A DNA stretch of 63,072 nt, counting the filler, from Octopus bimaculoides (taxonomy: Eukaryota): the NCBI RefSeq assembly GCF_001194135.2. It is 3 parts of 3 records of this genome, joined end to end, with 100 filler letters (N's around TTAATTAATTAA, not from the genome) between each part and the next. Parts side by side here need not be neighbours in the genome. Positions count along the whole stretch, not along the records: positions 1 to 28,823 come from NC_068982.1; 2 more parts are not named here. One strand, written 5' to 3'. A model generated the notes under the pieces. The model worked only from the letters and a program-made list of their open reading frames with translations. It had not been told where the DNA came from and made no database searches. Shown here in pieces: positions 1-12,258 of the stretch. Within the stretch, counting starts at the first letter, position 1. Each line of letters starts with the position of its first letter. Position numbers and translations under genes: made by a program.

Positions 1-167
1 CATTACATTAAAAAAAATTGTATAAATGATAATTATCTCCCTTAAACTGTAAACTATTATGTCACTTTTTTATTGTACAAAAGCAAATTTAAGTTAATCA
101 TGACATCAAACACTTAAAAAATATTATAGATAATACATATATTTAATACATTTCATAAAACAGTGTA

Positions 168-200
<33 letters not shown>

Positions 201-351
201 TTGATGAAAGTTGTGTATCATAAATCTGTTCTATAACCATTTTTTGTTAGAACATTATTAGTACTTCAATGCGTCAGGCGTTTAGCGCATAAAATTTATT
301 AACAATTTGTCTATCTCAAAAAAGTATACTGAAAATCGGGACAAAACTTAC

Positions 352-486
352 CGTAAAATCTTTTTCACTTACAAAAGTATTATTCGCAATGTAATCGAAT
401 TCAGTGAAAAATTCTTTGCTGTTATTCAGCCATTCGTTAGTACAGAAAGCAATGTACGTGTTTTCTTCTTTATCCAATCGATTGCA
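352..486 (-). CDS. Internal coding exon (135 nt, phase 0-0) of an unidentified secreted-protein gene: CNRLDKEENTYIAFCTNEWLNNSKEFFTEFDYIANNTFVSEKDFT
   Basis: Minus-strand acceptor catttattttgtAG (AG at 488-487) and donor GTAAGT (351-346). The 45 codons are open in phase 0, matching the phase-0 end of exon 6553-6734. Two N-X-S/T sequons (NNS, NNT). Confidence 0.72.
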
Positions 487-520
487 CTACAAAATAAATG
501 ATTGAAATAATCCTTTATAA

Positions 521-987
521 TTTTGACACAAGGCCACTAAGTGGATGGGGAAACCGATTACATCGACCCCGGTGCTGAACAGATACTTATTTTATTGACC
601 CTGACAGGATGAATGCACGTAGCCAAGTGGTTAGAGTGTTGCATTCATGATCATCGGATCGTGGTTTCGGTTCCCACAACGGGCGGTGCGTTGTGTTTTT
701 GAGCAAAACACTTTGCTTTGCGTTGTTCGAGTCTATTCAGCTGTAAAAGAATAACTTTGCGACAGACTGGTCTCTCATTCAAGAAGAATGTTGTGATCCC
801 GGTTACTTATATCCACTGAAACCGGGGAACCGGCCCTACTTGTTTTTGGACTCGATAATAACAATGTTGAAAGGATGAAAGACAAAGTCGACTTCGGTGG
901 CTTTTGAGCTCAGAACGTAAAGTGTCGGAAGAAACACTGCTAGGCATTTTGTCCGGCGCGGTAACAATTCTGCCAGCTCGCTACCTT
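521..987 (-). mobile_element. SINE family B copy split by a nested SINE insertion
   Basis: Matches the multicopy element at 5427-5645, 13490-13710 and elsewhere. Its two halves, 521-613 and 868-987, are continuous. Confidence 0.85.
614..867 (+). mobile_element. tRNA-derived SINE (head H2 + tail T2) with a 12-bp target-site duplication
   Basis: A-box-like TAGCCAAGTGG and B-box-like GTTTCGGTTCC. TSD tgacaggatgaa (602-613) / tgaaaggatgaa (868-879). Confidence 0.85.
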
Positions 988-1019
988 TACTGAAAGAAAA
1001 TAACGTGATATCTTAAAAT

Positions 1020-1395
1020 ATGGTAAGTCTTTTGCTTTCCAGCCATATGGCTCCGGTTTCAGTCCCATTGTATAGGTACCTTGGGCAAGTGTCTTCTACT
1101 ATAGCCTCGGGCCAACCAAAGCCTTGTGAGTGGATTTGGCAGACGGAAACTAAAAGAAGCCCGTCGTATAAATGTGTGTGTGTGTGTGTGTGTGTGTGCG
1201 CAGTGATGCTCACCCCATTACCGCTTGACAACCGGTGTTGGTGTGTTTGCGCCCCCGTAACTTGGCAGTTCGGCAAAAGATCCCGATAGAATAAATACTA
1301 GGCTTAAGAAATAAGTCATGCAGTCGAGTTGTTCGACTAAAACCCTTCAAGGCGGTGTTCCAGCATGGCCAAAGTCAAATAACTGAAACAGGTAA
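1020..1395 (+). mobile_element. SINE family A (CCTTGGGCAAGT core motif, internal (TG)n, AAAAGAAT tail)
   Basis: Homologous to the copies at 1745-1932, 29666-29810, 31140-31355, 41700-41880 and 46930-47690. Confidence 0.85.
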
Positions 1396-1725
1396 AAGAA
1401 TAAAAGAATAAAAAAATGCAATAGAATATGAAACGCCATTAATTTTTCATCATTCACCGTCTTTAGTCGCGGGTCAGTCTTTGATATGCATTTTTCATTT
1501 GCTTGCTAAATGGTACTTACAACAATTTCGAAACGTTTCTGTTTCGTGGTATTTGCCTTCACAACTAGCCCTTGCGTTTCTACCCTCCTCTATGCAAATT
1601 GTTGTTCTTCTAGATGAGCTAATGTTAGCTCATTTTTACAATTAGGTTTTTAGGCAGCTAGCACACTTAGGTATTCCTTCCCTTCTCCAATGCATTATTT
1701 TAAAGGATTTACAGTACTCATTAAT

Positions 1726-1744
<19 letters not shown>

Positions 1745-1764
<20 letters not shown>

Positions 1765-1930
1765 TACTCTTTTACTTGTTTCAGTTTTCCGTCTACCAAA
1801 TCCACTCACAAGGCTTTGGTCGGCTCGAGACTATAGTAGAAGACACTTGCCCAAGGTGCCACGCATTGGGAATGAACCCAGAACCATGTGGTTGGTAAGC
1901 AAGTGACTTACCACACAGCCACTCCTGCAC

Positions 1931-1932
<2 letters not shown>
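1745..1932 (-). mobile_element. SINE family A, internally deleted copy
   Basis: Head GGTGCAGGAGTGGCTGTGTGGTAAG...CCTTGGGCAAGTGTCTTC is joined directly to the GAAACAAGTAAAAGAG tail. Confidence 0.8.
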
Positions 1933-1983
<51 letters not shown>

Positions 1984-3045
1984 NNNNNNNNNNNNNNNNN
2001 NNNNNNNNNNNNNNNNNNNNNNNNNNNNNNNNNNNNNNNNNNNNNNNNNNNNNNNNNNNNNNNNNNNNNNNNNNNNNNNNNNNNNNNNNNNNNNNNNNNN
2101 NNNNNNNNNNNNNNNNNNNNNNNNNNNNNNNNNNNNNNNNNNNNNNNNNNNNNNNNNNNNNNNNNNNNNNNNNNNNNNNNNNNNNNNNNNNNNNNNNNNN
2201 NNNNNNNNNNNNNNNNNNNNNNNNNNNNNNNNNNNNNNNNNNNNNNNNNNNNNNNNNNNNNNNNNNNNNNNNNNNNNNNNNNNNNNNNNNNNNNNNNNNN
2301 NNNNNNNNNNNNNNNNNNNNNNNNNNNNNNNNNNNNNNNNNNNNNNNNNNNATATTCCTTTTAATCCTAACATCTTGTAGTCACATTTAAACTACGCTTC
2401 GCTGGTAATGTCTAACATGCCCAGAACAGGAACCAAGCTATCACTGTACTACCAAAGAGCAGATTCACCATCCACGGCATTCCATATTAGATAAATAAAT
2501 TTCAATTTAAATTTCAGAGTTGTTTCCCCTACTTTTTGAACCAGAAACTGTAATTTAAAGTTGTTCTTAACCTCAATATTGTAATTTTAATCAACATTCT
2601 TTTTAGTTAACTACATTAACTATACGAGTGACTACTCATCTAAAGCTAGCACGGTATGTATCTCTTATTTTATTGGCTCCTGATCACGTGTTGATGCCAA
2701 TTACTAATTTTTCCGTTCACGTTTTTAAAGTAGAGAGCGATAAAGTCGGTCAATTATTTCTGGCATTTATTACAACGACATCAGTGGAGGGAAGGTGAAG
2801 CTGATATAGTAATGTCTGAATGGAAATATAAATAAGCCAGTTAAATGTATTTCGGATCTATTTTAAAACGGGGGCGCCAGTATTTTCTTAACGAAACACT
2901 AACGAAACACTTTGAAACTTGGAACACTGGTAGAATGTGTCATATAAAACATCTTTTACTCTGTATTTCTATAAGACAGTAATTCATTATATAACAGTAG
3001 TTCCACCGTGTTTCCTCCAAATGAAATATTGCTTAGATGCATTTA

Positions 3046-3294
3046 ACTGGCACTCCGTCGGTTACGACGACAAGGGTTCCAGTTGATCCGATCAACGGAA
3101 TAACCTGCTCGTGAAATTAACGTGCAAGTGGCTGAGCATTCCACAGAGACGTGTACCCTTAACGTAGTTCTCAGGGAGATTCAGCGTGATTCAGAGTGTG
3201 ACAAGACTGGGCCTTTGAAGTACAGATGCTACTCATTTTTGCCAGATGAGGGGACTGGAACAGTGAAATAAAGTGTCTTGCTTAAGGACACAAT
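3046..3294 (-). mobile_element. SINE (head H2 + tail T1), 5' end lost in a gap; CORE-like motif
   Basis: Minus-strand TGTGTCCTTAAGCAAGACACTTT...CCTCATCTGGCAAAAATG resembles the CORE/MIR central motif. The tail matches 9360-9538. Confidence 0.8.
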
Positions 3295-4220
3295 NNNNNN
3301 NNNNNNNNNNNNNNNNNNNNNNNNNNNNNNNNNNNNNNNNNNNNNNNNNNNNNNNNNNNNNNNNNNNNNNNNNNNNNNNNNNNNNNNNNNNNNNNNNNNN
3401 NNNNNNNNNNNNNNNNNNNNNNNNNNNNNNNNNNNNNNNNNNNNNNNNNNNNNNNNNNNNNNNNNNNNNNNNNNNNNNNNNNNNNNNNNNNNNNNNNNNN
3501 NNNNNNNNNNNNNNNNNNNNNNNNNNNNNNNNNNNNNNNNNNNNNNNNNNNNNNNNNNNNNNNNNNNNNNNNNNNNNNNNNNNNNNNNNNNNNNNNNNNN
3601 NNNNNNNNNNNNNNNNNNNNNNNNNNNNNNNNNNNNNNNNNNNNNNNNNNNNNNNNNNNNNNNNNNNNNNNNNNNNNNNNNNNNNNNNNNNNNNNNNNNN
3701 NNNNNNNNNNNNNNNNNNNNNNNNNNNNNNNNNNNNNNNNNNNNNNNNNNNNNNNNNNNNNNNNNNNNNNNNNNNNNNNNNNNNNNNNNNNNNNNNNNNN
3801 NNNNNNNNNNNNNNNNNNNNNNNNNNNNNNNNNNNNNNNNNNNNNNNNNNNNNNNNNNNNNNNNNNNNNNNNNNNNNNNNNNNNNNNNNNNNNNNNNNNN
3901 NNNNNNNNNNNNNNNNNNNNNNNNNNNNNNNNNNNNNNNNNNNNNNNNNNNNNNNNNNNNNNNNNNNNNNNNNNNNNNNNNNNNNNNNNNNNNNNNNNNN
4001 NNNNNNNNNNNNNNNNNNNNNNNNNNNNNNNNNNNNNNNNNNNNNNNNNNNNNNNNNNNNNNNNNNNNNNNNNNNNNNNNNNNNNNNNNNNNNNNNNNNN
4101 NNNNNNNNNNNNNNNNNNNNNNNNNNNNNNNNNNNNNNNNNNNNNNNNNNNNNNNNNNNNNNNNNNNNNNNNNNNNNNNNNNNNNNNNNNNNNNNNNNNN
4201 NNNNNNNNNNNNNNNNNNNN

Positions 4221-4255
<35 letters not shown>

Positions 4256-4987
4256 ATAATTGCTAGATAATTATGGAAGAGGGAAGTAAAAAGTAACTTG
4301 ATGCTCCGAGCGTAACTAGAAGTCAGCTTGTTGCCCACATCATTCGACATTTAATTGATTTTAATTATTCTTTATTTTTTTTCTTTTACTTGTTTTAGTA
4401 ATTGTACTGCGGCCATCCTGGGACACCGCATTGAAGGTTTTAGTCAAATAAATTGATCCGAATACATATGTATTTATACTTATTCTACAGGTCTCTTCTA
4501 CCGAACCGAACCGGTAAGTTACAGCGGCGTAAGCCAATACCGGTTAAGTGAGAGGAGACAAACACAAACACATAGGCTCGTGGGTGAGTACACGCACACA
4601 CACGCACACGAACACACACACACTCACACACACACACACACACACACGCACGCACACTCACGCACATTCACGCAAATACACACACGCGCGCGACAAACTT
4701 CTGCACAATTACGTCTGTCACATTTACTCCCGAGGTTGCTGTAAAAGACAGGCAGCCTAAANNNNNNNNNNNNNNNNNNNNNNNNNNNNNNNNNNNNNNN
4801 NNNNNNNNNNNNNNNNNNNNNNNNNNNNNNNNNNNNNNNNNNNNNNNNNNNNNNNNNNNNNNNNNNNNNNNNNNNNNNNNNNNNNNNNNNNNNNNNNNNN
4901 NNNNNNNNNNNNNNNNNNNNNNNNNNNNNNNNNNNNNNNNNNNNNNNNNNNNNNNNNNNNNNNNNNNNNNNNNNNNNNNNNNNNAAA

Positions 4988-5295
4988 AAAAAAAAAAAAA
5001 AAAAAATTTATGGACTCCTTTGGTTGCTATTTATTCTTGTGGATCTCCATAGTCGTTCGATGTTTAAAAACTAATTTTATAGAAACGTCTTACATTAACT
5101 TGTGTAGGTTGAACTCTGTAAAATGTTAGAGAATGAAATCTAGCTGTTTCTTGCAATATATACATCTAAAGCAAGATTTTTTCAGGAGCCCTTGAAATAC
5201 TATTGTGGATCCTCAATTTACTATTTTGTTGCGTGGACCCCCAAAATCTTATATGGACCCTCAGGGACCATATGGACCCCAGTTGAGAACCACTA
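4988..5295 (+). mobile_element. hAT-type non-autonomous element, right end
   Basis: Ends in GTTGAGAACCACT, the reverse complement of the CAGTGGTTCTCAAC-type hAT terminus, with TGGACCCC subterminal repeats. A related left end is at 58862. Confidence 0.6.
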
Positions 5296-5426
5296 ATCTA
5301 GCCGAAAGACATAATTTACATATAAGCACTGGTATTGCTTCTCTTTATTGACATTTAGTCAAAAGAGACCGACAGAATAAGTACCAGGCTTTCTAAATAA
5401 TAATAATGATAATAATAATAATGATA

Positions 5427-5643
5427 AAAATGGTTTCAAATTTTGCCACAAGGGCAGCAATTTGGGGCGAGAGAATGTGTCGATTACATCGACCCCAGTG
5501 TTCAAATGGTACTTATTTTATCGACCCAGAAAGGATAAAAGGCAAAGTCGACCTCGGTGGAATTTGAACTCGGAACGTAGCGGCAGACGAAATACCTCTA
5601 AGCATTTCACCCGGCGTGCTAACGATTCTGTCTGCTCGCCGCC

Positions 5644-5645
<2 letters not shown>
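5427..5645 (-). mobile_element. SINE family B, full-length, flanked by (TAA)n
   Basis: Complete head (GGCGGCGAGCAGAC) to tail (AAATTTTGAAACCATT), with TAA tracts on both sides. Confidence 0.9.
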
Positions 5646-5687
<42 letters not shown>

Positions 5688-5688
<1 letters not shown>

Positions 5689-6235
5689 CAGTACCAGGCA
5701 GTGGCTCTCATAGCTTCTGATCTTAACTGACTGGAAGTGTTATCATGTACATTGTTTTGTCTTGGTATAAAAGAAGGGCTACAGCAAATATTCTTGCTCA
5801 ATACACCAGATTTGCTTGACAGTTGTTTGACCTTAATCAGTTGAATATGTTCCTTGATGGACAATGATATGTGCATCTCTGACCACGAGCAGAAGTAGTG
5901 GAGGAGCATCACAGCCATGTGTTGAGAAGAATTCTTTGGGGTTTGGATAATTCACTTCTGGAAACATGGATGTTTCGTTCAACATCCTTAAACAACCCTT
6001 ATTCAGGGACCTTTTGAGCAAGATGGGCTACTCGATCTGAAGAAAATCTAACTGGGCTCCACCTGCAAGGTCATGCGCTGTTTATCTTGATATGAGATCA
6101 CCATGTTACGCACATATAGTTGTGATGCATGTGCCTGGTGTACCCTTATCGGACGTGTAGTCATGATGTATATATTGGGTTTCGTATATTTTACCCCAGT
6201 ATCACTTTGATGGCATGCACTGCTCTCTCACTTAA
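5688..6235. repeat. Unclassified ~550-bp interspersed repeat (family E), copy 1
   Basis: Collinear and highly similar to 60443-60987; bordered by TAA/AAT tracts. Confidence 0.85.
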
Positions 6236-6552
6236 CAATGACAATAATAAGTACTGGGGCCGATAAGTTCGATTACAATTCTTTAAGGTGATGCCCCAGC
6301 ATGGCCGCAGCCTAATGACTGAAACAAGTAAGTAAATATTACTGACAAAACCGAAAGAGGCAGAAATGCACCTCTAGCTTTACTACCACCGCTGCAGGAC
6401 GAGTTTCGTCTGCTACTGCAATATTTGTGTTTTTAAATACAGTACGTCCATAAGAGATCTTATCTCCTGTCGGATACCGCAGTTTCGTGGCATATTTGTA
6501 TTAAACGTGATACGCAAATGACTATATTAATCATAGTTAAACAATGACTTAC

Positions 6553-6734
6553 GTATGTCAGGAAAGTGAATTCAACTCGTCGCATTGATTCATAGCCGGT
6601 AGATTTGATGTGTTTCACTAAATCGATATCAAAACTGTGTGGATAAGTTTCTTCACCAGTTTCAACGGGAGCTGATTTGGTTAAATGAAGACAAAAACTT
6701 GCCAAGATGATGAATACCAATTTATATGGGACTT
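6553..6734 (-). CDS. Coding exon (182 nt, phase 1-0) encoding a signal peptide and mature N-terminus: (E)VPYKLVFIILASFCLHLTKS-APVETGEETYPHSFDIDLVKHIKSTGYESMRRVEFTFLTY
   Basis: Acceptor ttctgttttctattcAG (6736-6735) and donor GTAAGT (6552-6547). Open frame with a hydrophobic core followed by a typical S-APV cleavage context. Overlaps track ORF 6460-6720. Confidence 0.78.
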
Positions 6735-7697
6735 CTGAATAGAAAACAGAAATAAGAAAGAAATTAGGCTGCTTTTTCTATTATTGGCAGATATGACGAA
6801 AATGGTTCACTCTTCGAAAAATTAAATTTGTAAGTTGAATATTCTAACTGCTGTCTTGGGTGTCTTAGGTGCACCGTGTGTGTGTGCGTGTGCGTGAGTA
6901 CACGAATGCGGGTGCACCACACCGCACATATACACACAAATACAAACACAAATACACACATGATCAATTTTTTCTATTATAAGGCCATAAATATAGTCGA
7001 TTGAAAAGCAATGTCAATCTTGTCGGGATTTGAACTAAGAACATAAATGGAAGCAACAAAATACAGTGAGGTTTTTAGTTAGTACTTTACTGTTTTTGTA
7101 ATCTAGAGCTCCCTCCCCATTTCTTTTTCTGTATATGCTACAGCTACACACACATTGTGTATTACAATGAAAAACACAGAGGGATAACATAGAAGGGATA
7201 AAATTGGACGGAAAGAGAAAAGTATTTTAACGTTTCGTAAGCTAGTCTTTCATCAGAAGAAAGAGAGCATAAAAGGAGTGAGAAAAAGAAATAGTTAATG
7301 ACGATGGTAAAAGCCAAAGGATGAAAAATTAGAAACTATATGAGAATGCTGTTCATAATGATACACACACATACACACACATATATTCATATCTACATAC
7401 ATATATACATATGTATGTATGTATGTATGTATGNNNNNNNNNNNNNNNNNNNNNNNNNNNNNNNNNNNNNNNNNNNNNNNNNNNNNNNNNNNNNNNNNNN
7501 NNNNNNNNNNNNNNNNNNNNNNNNNNNNNNNNNNNNNNNNNNNNNNNNNNNNNNNNNNNNNNNNNNNNNNNNNNNNNNNNNNNNNNNNNNNNNNNNNNNN
7601 NNNNNNNNNNNNNNNNNNNNNNNNNNNNNNNNNNNNNNNNNNNNNNNNNNNNNNNNNNNNNNNNNNNNNNNNNNNNNNNNNNNNNNNNNNNNNNNNN

Positions 7698-7769
<72 letters not shown>

Positions 7770-8034
7770 CATAACTCTTACAGCACTACGGCTGGATGTT
7801 AAAGCAGCTGCTCAACAACTTGAATGTGGACGTGATATATCATGATCTTGCGAAAGAAGATCGCCTCAATGCGACATGTCAGCTACTGGGAGAAGCTCTC
7901 ATAGTTTAGTCTCTATTCCTTAGAACGAAGGCGGGAAAGATATGCAGAATTATGCGTTCGGAAAATCTTGGAAGGACTTGTACCAAACTTTGTTATTGAA
8001 AGTTACAGAAACAGCAGAACTGGACGTAATTGCA

Positions 8035-8296
<262 letters not shown>

Positions 8297-8379
8297 TGTA
8301 TGTATGTATATAATATTATACATTTATTGTTACTCGAATAACGGTGACATAATACTTGATAGATAATACTTCTACGAAT

Positions 8380-8760
8380 TTGAGCAGCACCCCGAATGAT
8401 GATGCTATAAATATTAAGAATAGGGTAAGTAATGCTAATAATAATAAACGCAGATGCAATTGTAGGGAAAGATTCCAATGCCCATTATTAGGTCAGTGTT
8501 TGGCAGGTAATATTATATATAAATATACAGTAATGACAGAAACTAATAGCTTCATTTACATCGGCTGCTCAGTAAATATGATAAAAACGCTTGAATAACC
8601 ATTTTTATTCCTTTCGACTTAGGCATAAGGCCAACAGTACCTCATTATCTACGAAAATCTGGGAACACAAAGACAATATTAAATTCAGCCTAAAGTGGGA
8701 TATAAGTCCGTGTCGAACCCAGCCATTCACAAATAGCTGGTATGGATGTAAACCTAATTA
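8380..8760 (+). pseudogene. Penelope-like element GIY-YIG endonuclease remnant
   Basis: CNCRERFQCPLLGQCLAGNIIYK...FIYIG followed by STSLSTKIWEHKDNIKFSLKWDI; stops and frameshifts present. Confidence 0.85.
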
Positions 8761-9165
8761 ATAATAAATTAGATCTTAGAATGTCACGTGTTAATAGGAA
8801 TACTCGTATCTTTAAATACTTTATAAGCAGGTAATAACAAGTATATCTTACTGTACTTAGGTAGCAAGAATGATCCGGTGTGTTATATCATTCATAACCT
8901 ATTCTCTATTATCTCGAAATCTATTCAATAATCCTTTCTAATAACTCTTAACCCATTTGATCTATAAATTTTCATTAATTATATTATATATTTACCCCTT
9001 CATTATTGGGAATCTCTTCCCTCATAGTTAGTATAACATAAATTTTACAATGGATTACTAAATCTCGCACTTCTCCTAAGTATAAAGTAAGATTTATTAT
9101 TATTCGACCTAGATCAGTGTCTTTGATGTATTTTAGAAATATTTTATAAACCCATTTCCAAAGGT

Positions 9166-9538
9166 GTGGAGGCGCAATGGCCCAGTGGTTAGGGCAGCGG
9201 ACTCGCGGTTTCGATTCCCAGACCGGGCGTTGTGAGTGTTTATTGAGCGAAAACACCTAAAGCTCCGCGAGGCTCCGGCAGGGGATAGTGGCGAACCATG
9301 CTGTACTCTTTCACCACAACTTTCTCTCACTCTTACTTCCTATTTCTGTTGTGCCTGTAATTCAAAGGGTCAGCCTTGTCACACTGTGTCACGCTGAATA
9401 TCCCCAAGAACTACGTTAAGGGTACACGTGTCTGTGGAGTGCTCAGCCACTTGCACGTTAACTTCACGAGCAGGCTGTTCCGTTAATCGAATCAACTGGA
9501 ACCCTCGGCGTCGTAAGCGACGGAGTGCCAACAACAAA
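9166..9538 (+). mobile_element. tRNA-derived SINE (head H1 + tail T1) with a perfect 12-bp TSD
   Basis: A-box TGGCCCAGTGG, B-box GTTTCGATTCC and CAACAA tail. TSD atttccaaaggt at 9154-9165 and 9539-9550. Confidence 0.92.
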
Positions 9539-10320
9539 ATTTCCAAAGGTATTTTTGTTTCCGTTAATATTTGATACATATATTTTATTCATATTGTATC
9601 AATAATAATAATATGTGTAGGAATTCTTTTCGATATACCAATATAATTTATAAAATAATCCTTAATTTATTTTTCATTTTATTTTATTCTATATCCTTAT
9701 TTATATCTCTTTTATACCTTTTATATCATTCTGTAAAAAATATTTTATGAAATTTTTATAAAATTTTCATGTATTTAAATAACCTCTTATATATTTGTGC
9801 AGCTACTATAGCTTATAAAGGCTCTGGCAGTTTACAATTTCTTTTTATAAAACTCACTGTATGATATGATATATGATATTTTTTATATTTGTAATTACAC
9901 ATATCCTATAAATTTTCTATTATTTTATATATGATATTTTTATACATTCTTATATCCTTTTATATATTTTCTTAGTGTTCATAATTTATAAATAATTTTT
10001 TTGACAATTTATAATGTCTTTTTATATAATTTATTGGATATGGGAATTCTTATTTTATTATATTTTTAAATCATACATATATTCATTAATTGTTTACATG
10101 CCCAAATTCTTTTAAGTATTGTATCTAAATGTACTCCCTTATACATTTAGTATATCTCTAATTCAATTATCCCATATATTGGATACCATTTTTTTCTCTT
10201 TTTACGATATCTTATATTTATCCACTCGTAACGGAGGGAATAGTTCTTATGTTAGTTTAAACTATAATATGAATTTCTATCCATATGATAATTTAATTCC
10301 ATTATACATTCATTATGTAT

Positions 10321-10620
10321 GGAGACACATGGCCTAGTGTTTAGAGCAGCGGACTCGCGGTCGAGGGATCGCGGGTTCGAATCTCAGACCGGGCGATGTG
10401 TGTGTTTATGAGCGGAACACCTAAGATCCACGCGGCTCCGGCAGAACGTAATGGCGAACTTCTGCTCACTCGCCATAACTTTCTCTCACTCTATCCGCCT
10501 GCATCCAGCTGCTCACTTGTGAGAGACCGGCATCCCGTTCAGGTGGGAAACCTATACGCCAATGAAACCGGGAAACAGGCCCTTATGAGCCAGGTTTGGC
10601 TCGAGAAGGAACAAACAACA
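10321..10620 (+). mobile_element. tRNA-derived SINE (head H1 + tail T2)
   Basis: The head matches 9166-9330 and the tail matches 760-867 (GAAACCGGGAAAC.GGCCC). B-box GGTTCGAATC. Confidence 0.88.
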
Positions 10621-11050
10621 ATGCAACAACATACATTTATCATAGAACATTTTTATCATGATCTTCTATATACTATGTTTAAGAAAAGTCTTAATATTTT
10701 TTTATATATTAAAGTTTCTCATTATTAGGTTTTAAATTTAACTTCTATCCTTTTTCTATATATTGATTTAATTTTCCTCGTTTCAATATAATACATTTGC
10801 TAAGTTACATTTTACTACCTTCCTTATCCTTTGAATCTAAATTCCACCCCTAAAGTTTATATTACTTATCCCTTTATCAATATATTCCTCTTTAATATCA
10901 ATATTATCAAAATTATCAATATATTCCTCTTTAATATGAAAATCAAAATAAGTGTTGCCCATCACTATTTTTCTTTCGTCCAATTAACACCCCTTTCCCA
11001 TCAGGTAAAGGGGTGATAATTGTGTAGATAAAGGTAGATATATAGTTCCA

Positions 11051-11082
<32 letters not shown>

Positions 11083-12081
11083 NNNNNNNNNNNNNNNNNN
11101 NNNNNNNNNNNNNNNNNNNNNNNNNNNNNNNNNNNNNNNNNNNNNNNNNNNNNNNNNNNNNNNNNNNNNNNNNNNNNNNNNNNNNNNNNNNNNNNNNNNN
11201 NNNNNNNNNNNNNNNNNNNNNNNNNNNNNNNNNNNNNNNNNNNNNNNNNNNNNNNNNNNNNNNNNNNNNNNNNNNNNNNNNNNNNNNNNNNNNNNNNNNN
11301 NNNNNNNNNNNNNNNNNNNNNNNNNNNNNNNNNNNNNNNNNNNNNNNNNNNNNNNNNNNNNNNNNNNNNNNNNNNNNNNNNNNNNNNNNNNNNNNNNNNN
11401 NNNNNNNNNNNNNNNNNNNNNNNNNNNNNNNNNNNNNNNNNNNNNNNNNNNNNNNNNNNNNNNNNNNNNNNNNNNNNNNNNNNNNNNNNNNNNNNNNNNN
11501 NNNNNNNNNNNNNNNNNNNNNNNNNNNNNNNNNNNNNNNNNNNNNNNNNNNNNNNNNNNNNNNNNNNNNNNNNNNNNNNNNNNNNNNNNNNNNNNNNNNN
11601 NNNNNNNNNNNNNNNNNNNNNNNNNNNNNNNNNNNNNNNNNNNNNNNNNNNNNNNNNNNNNNNNNNNNNNNNNNNNNNNNNNNNNNNNNNNNNNNNNNNN
11701 NNNNNNNNNNNNNNNNNNNNNNNNNNNNNNNNNNNNNNNNNNNNNNNNNNNNNNNNNNNNNNNNNNNNNNNNNNNNNNNNNNNNNNNNNNNNNNNNNNNN
11801 NNNNNNNNNNNNNNNNNNNNNNNNNNNNNNNNNNNNNNNNNNNNNNNNNNNNNNNNNNNNNNNNNNNNNNNNNNNNNNNNNNNNNNNNNNNNNNNNNNNN
11901 NNNNNNNNNNNNNNNNNNNNNNNNNNNNNNNNNNNNNNNNNNNNNNNNNNNNNNNNNNNNNNNNNNNNNNNNNNNNNNNNNNNNNNNNNNNNNNNNNNNN
12001 NNNNNNNNNNNNNNNNNNNNNNNNNNNNNNNNNNNNNNNNNNNNNNNNNNNNNNTACTGACATATATATACATATATATAT

Positions 12082-12120
<39 letters not shown>

Positions 12121-12222
12121 GGGAGAATTCACAAAAAAACCCCCAAAAAAACCAAAAGACGAAGACAGGTGGTGTAGACAACAAAGAGAAGTATTAGTAT
12201 AACGCTCGGGAAGTGAAAAAGT

Positions 12223-12258
12223 CTTTAACATTTCGAGCCTACGCTCTTCTACAGAAAG
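12223..12258 (-). ncRNA. Minimal type-I hammerhead-ribozyme-like motif (variant core) in a probable Penelope-type terminal repeat (~12120-12340)
   Basis: Minus strand CUUU-CUGUAGAA-GAGC(GUAG)GCUC-GAAA-UG-UU-AAAG: stem I CUUU/AAAG and a perfect 4-bp stem II. The core deviates from CUGANGA. Confidence 0.55.

Noticed and set aside
1521-1589. Possible extra 69-nt phase 0-0 minus-strand exon (RRVETQGLVVKANTTKQKRFEIV) with a GTAAGT donor
   Set aside because: The acceptor (aatttgcatAG) has almost no pyrimidine tract and the peptide is uninformative. It cannot be supported without RNA data.
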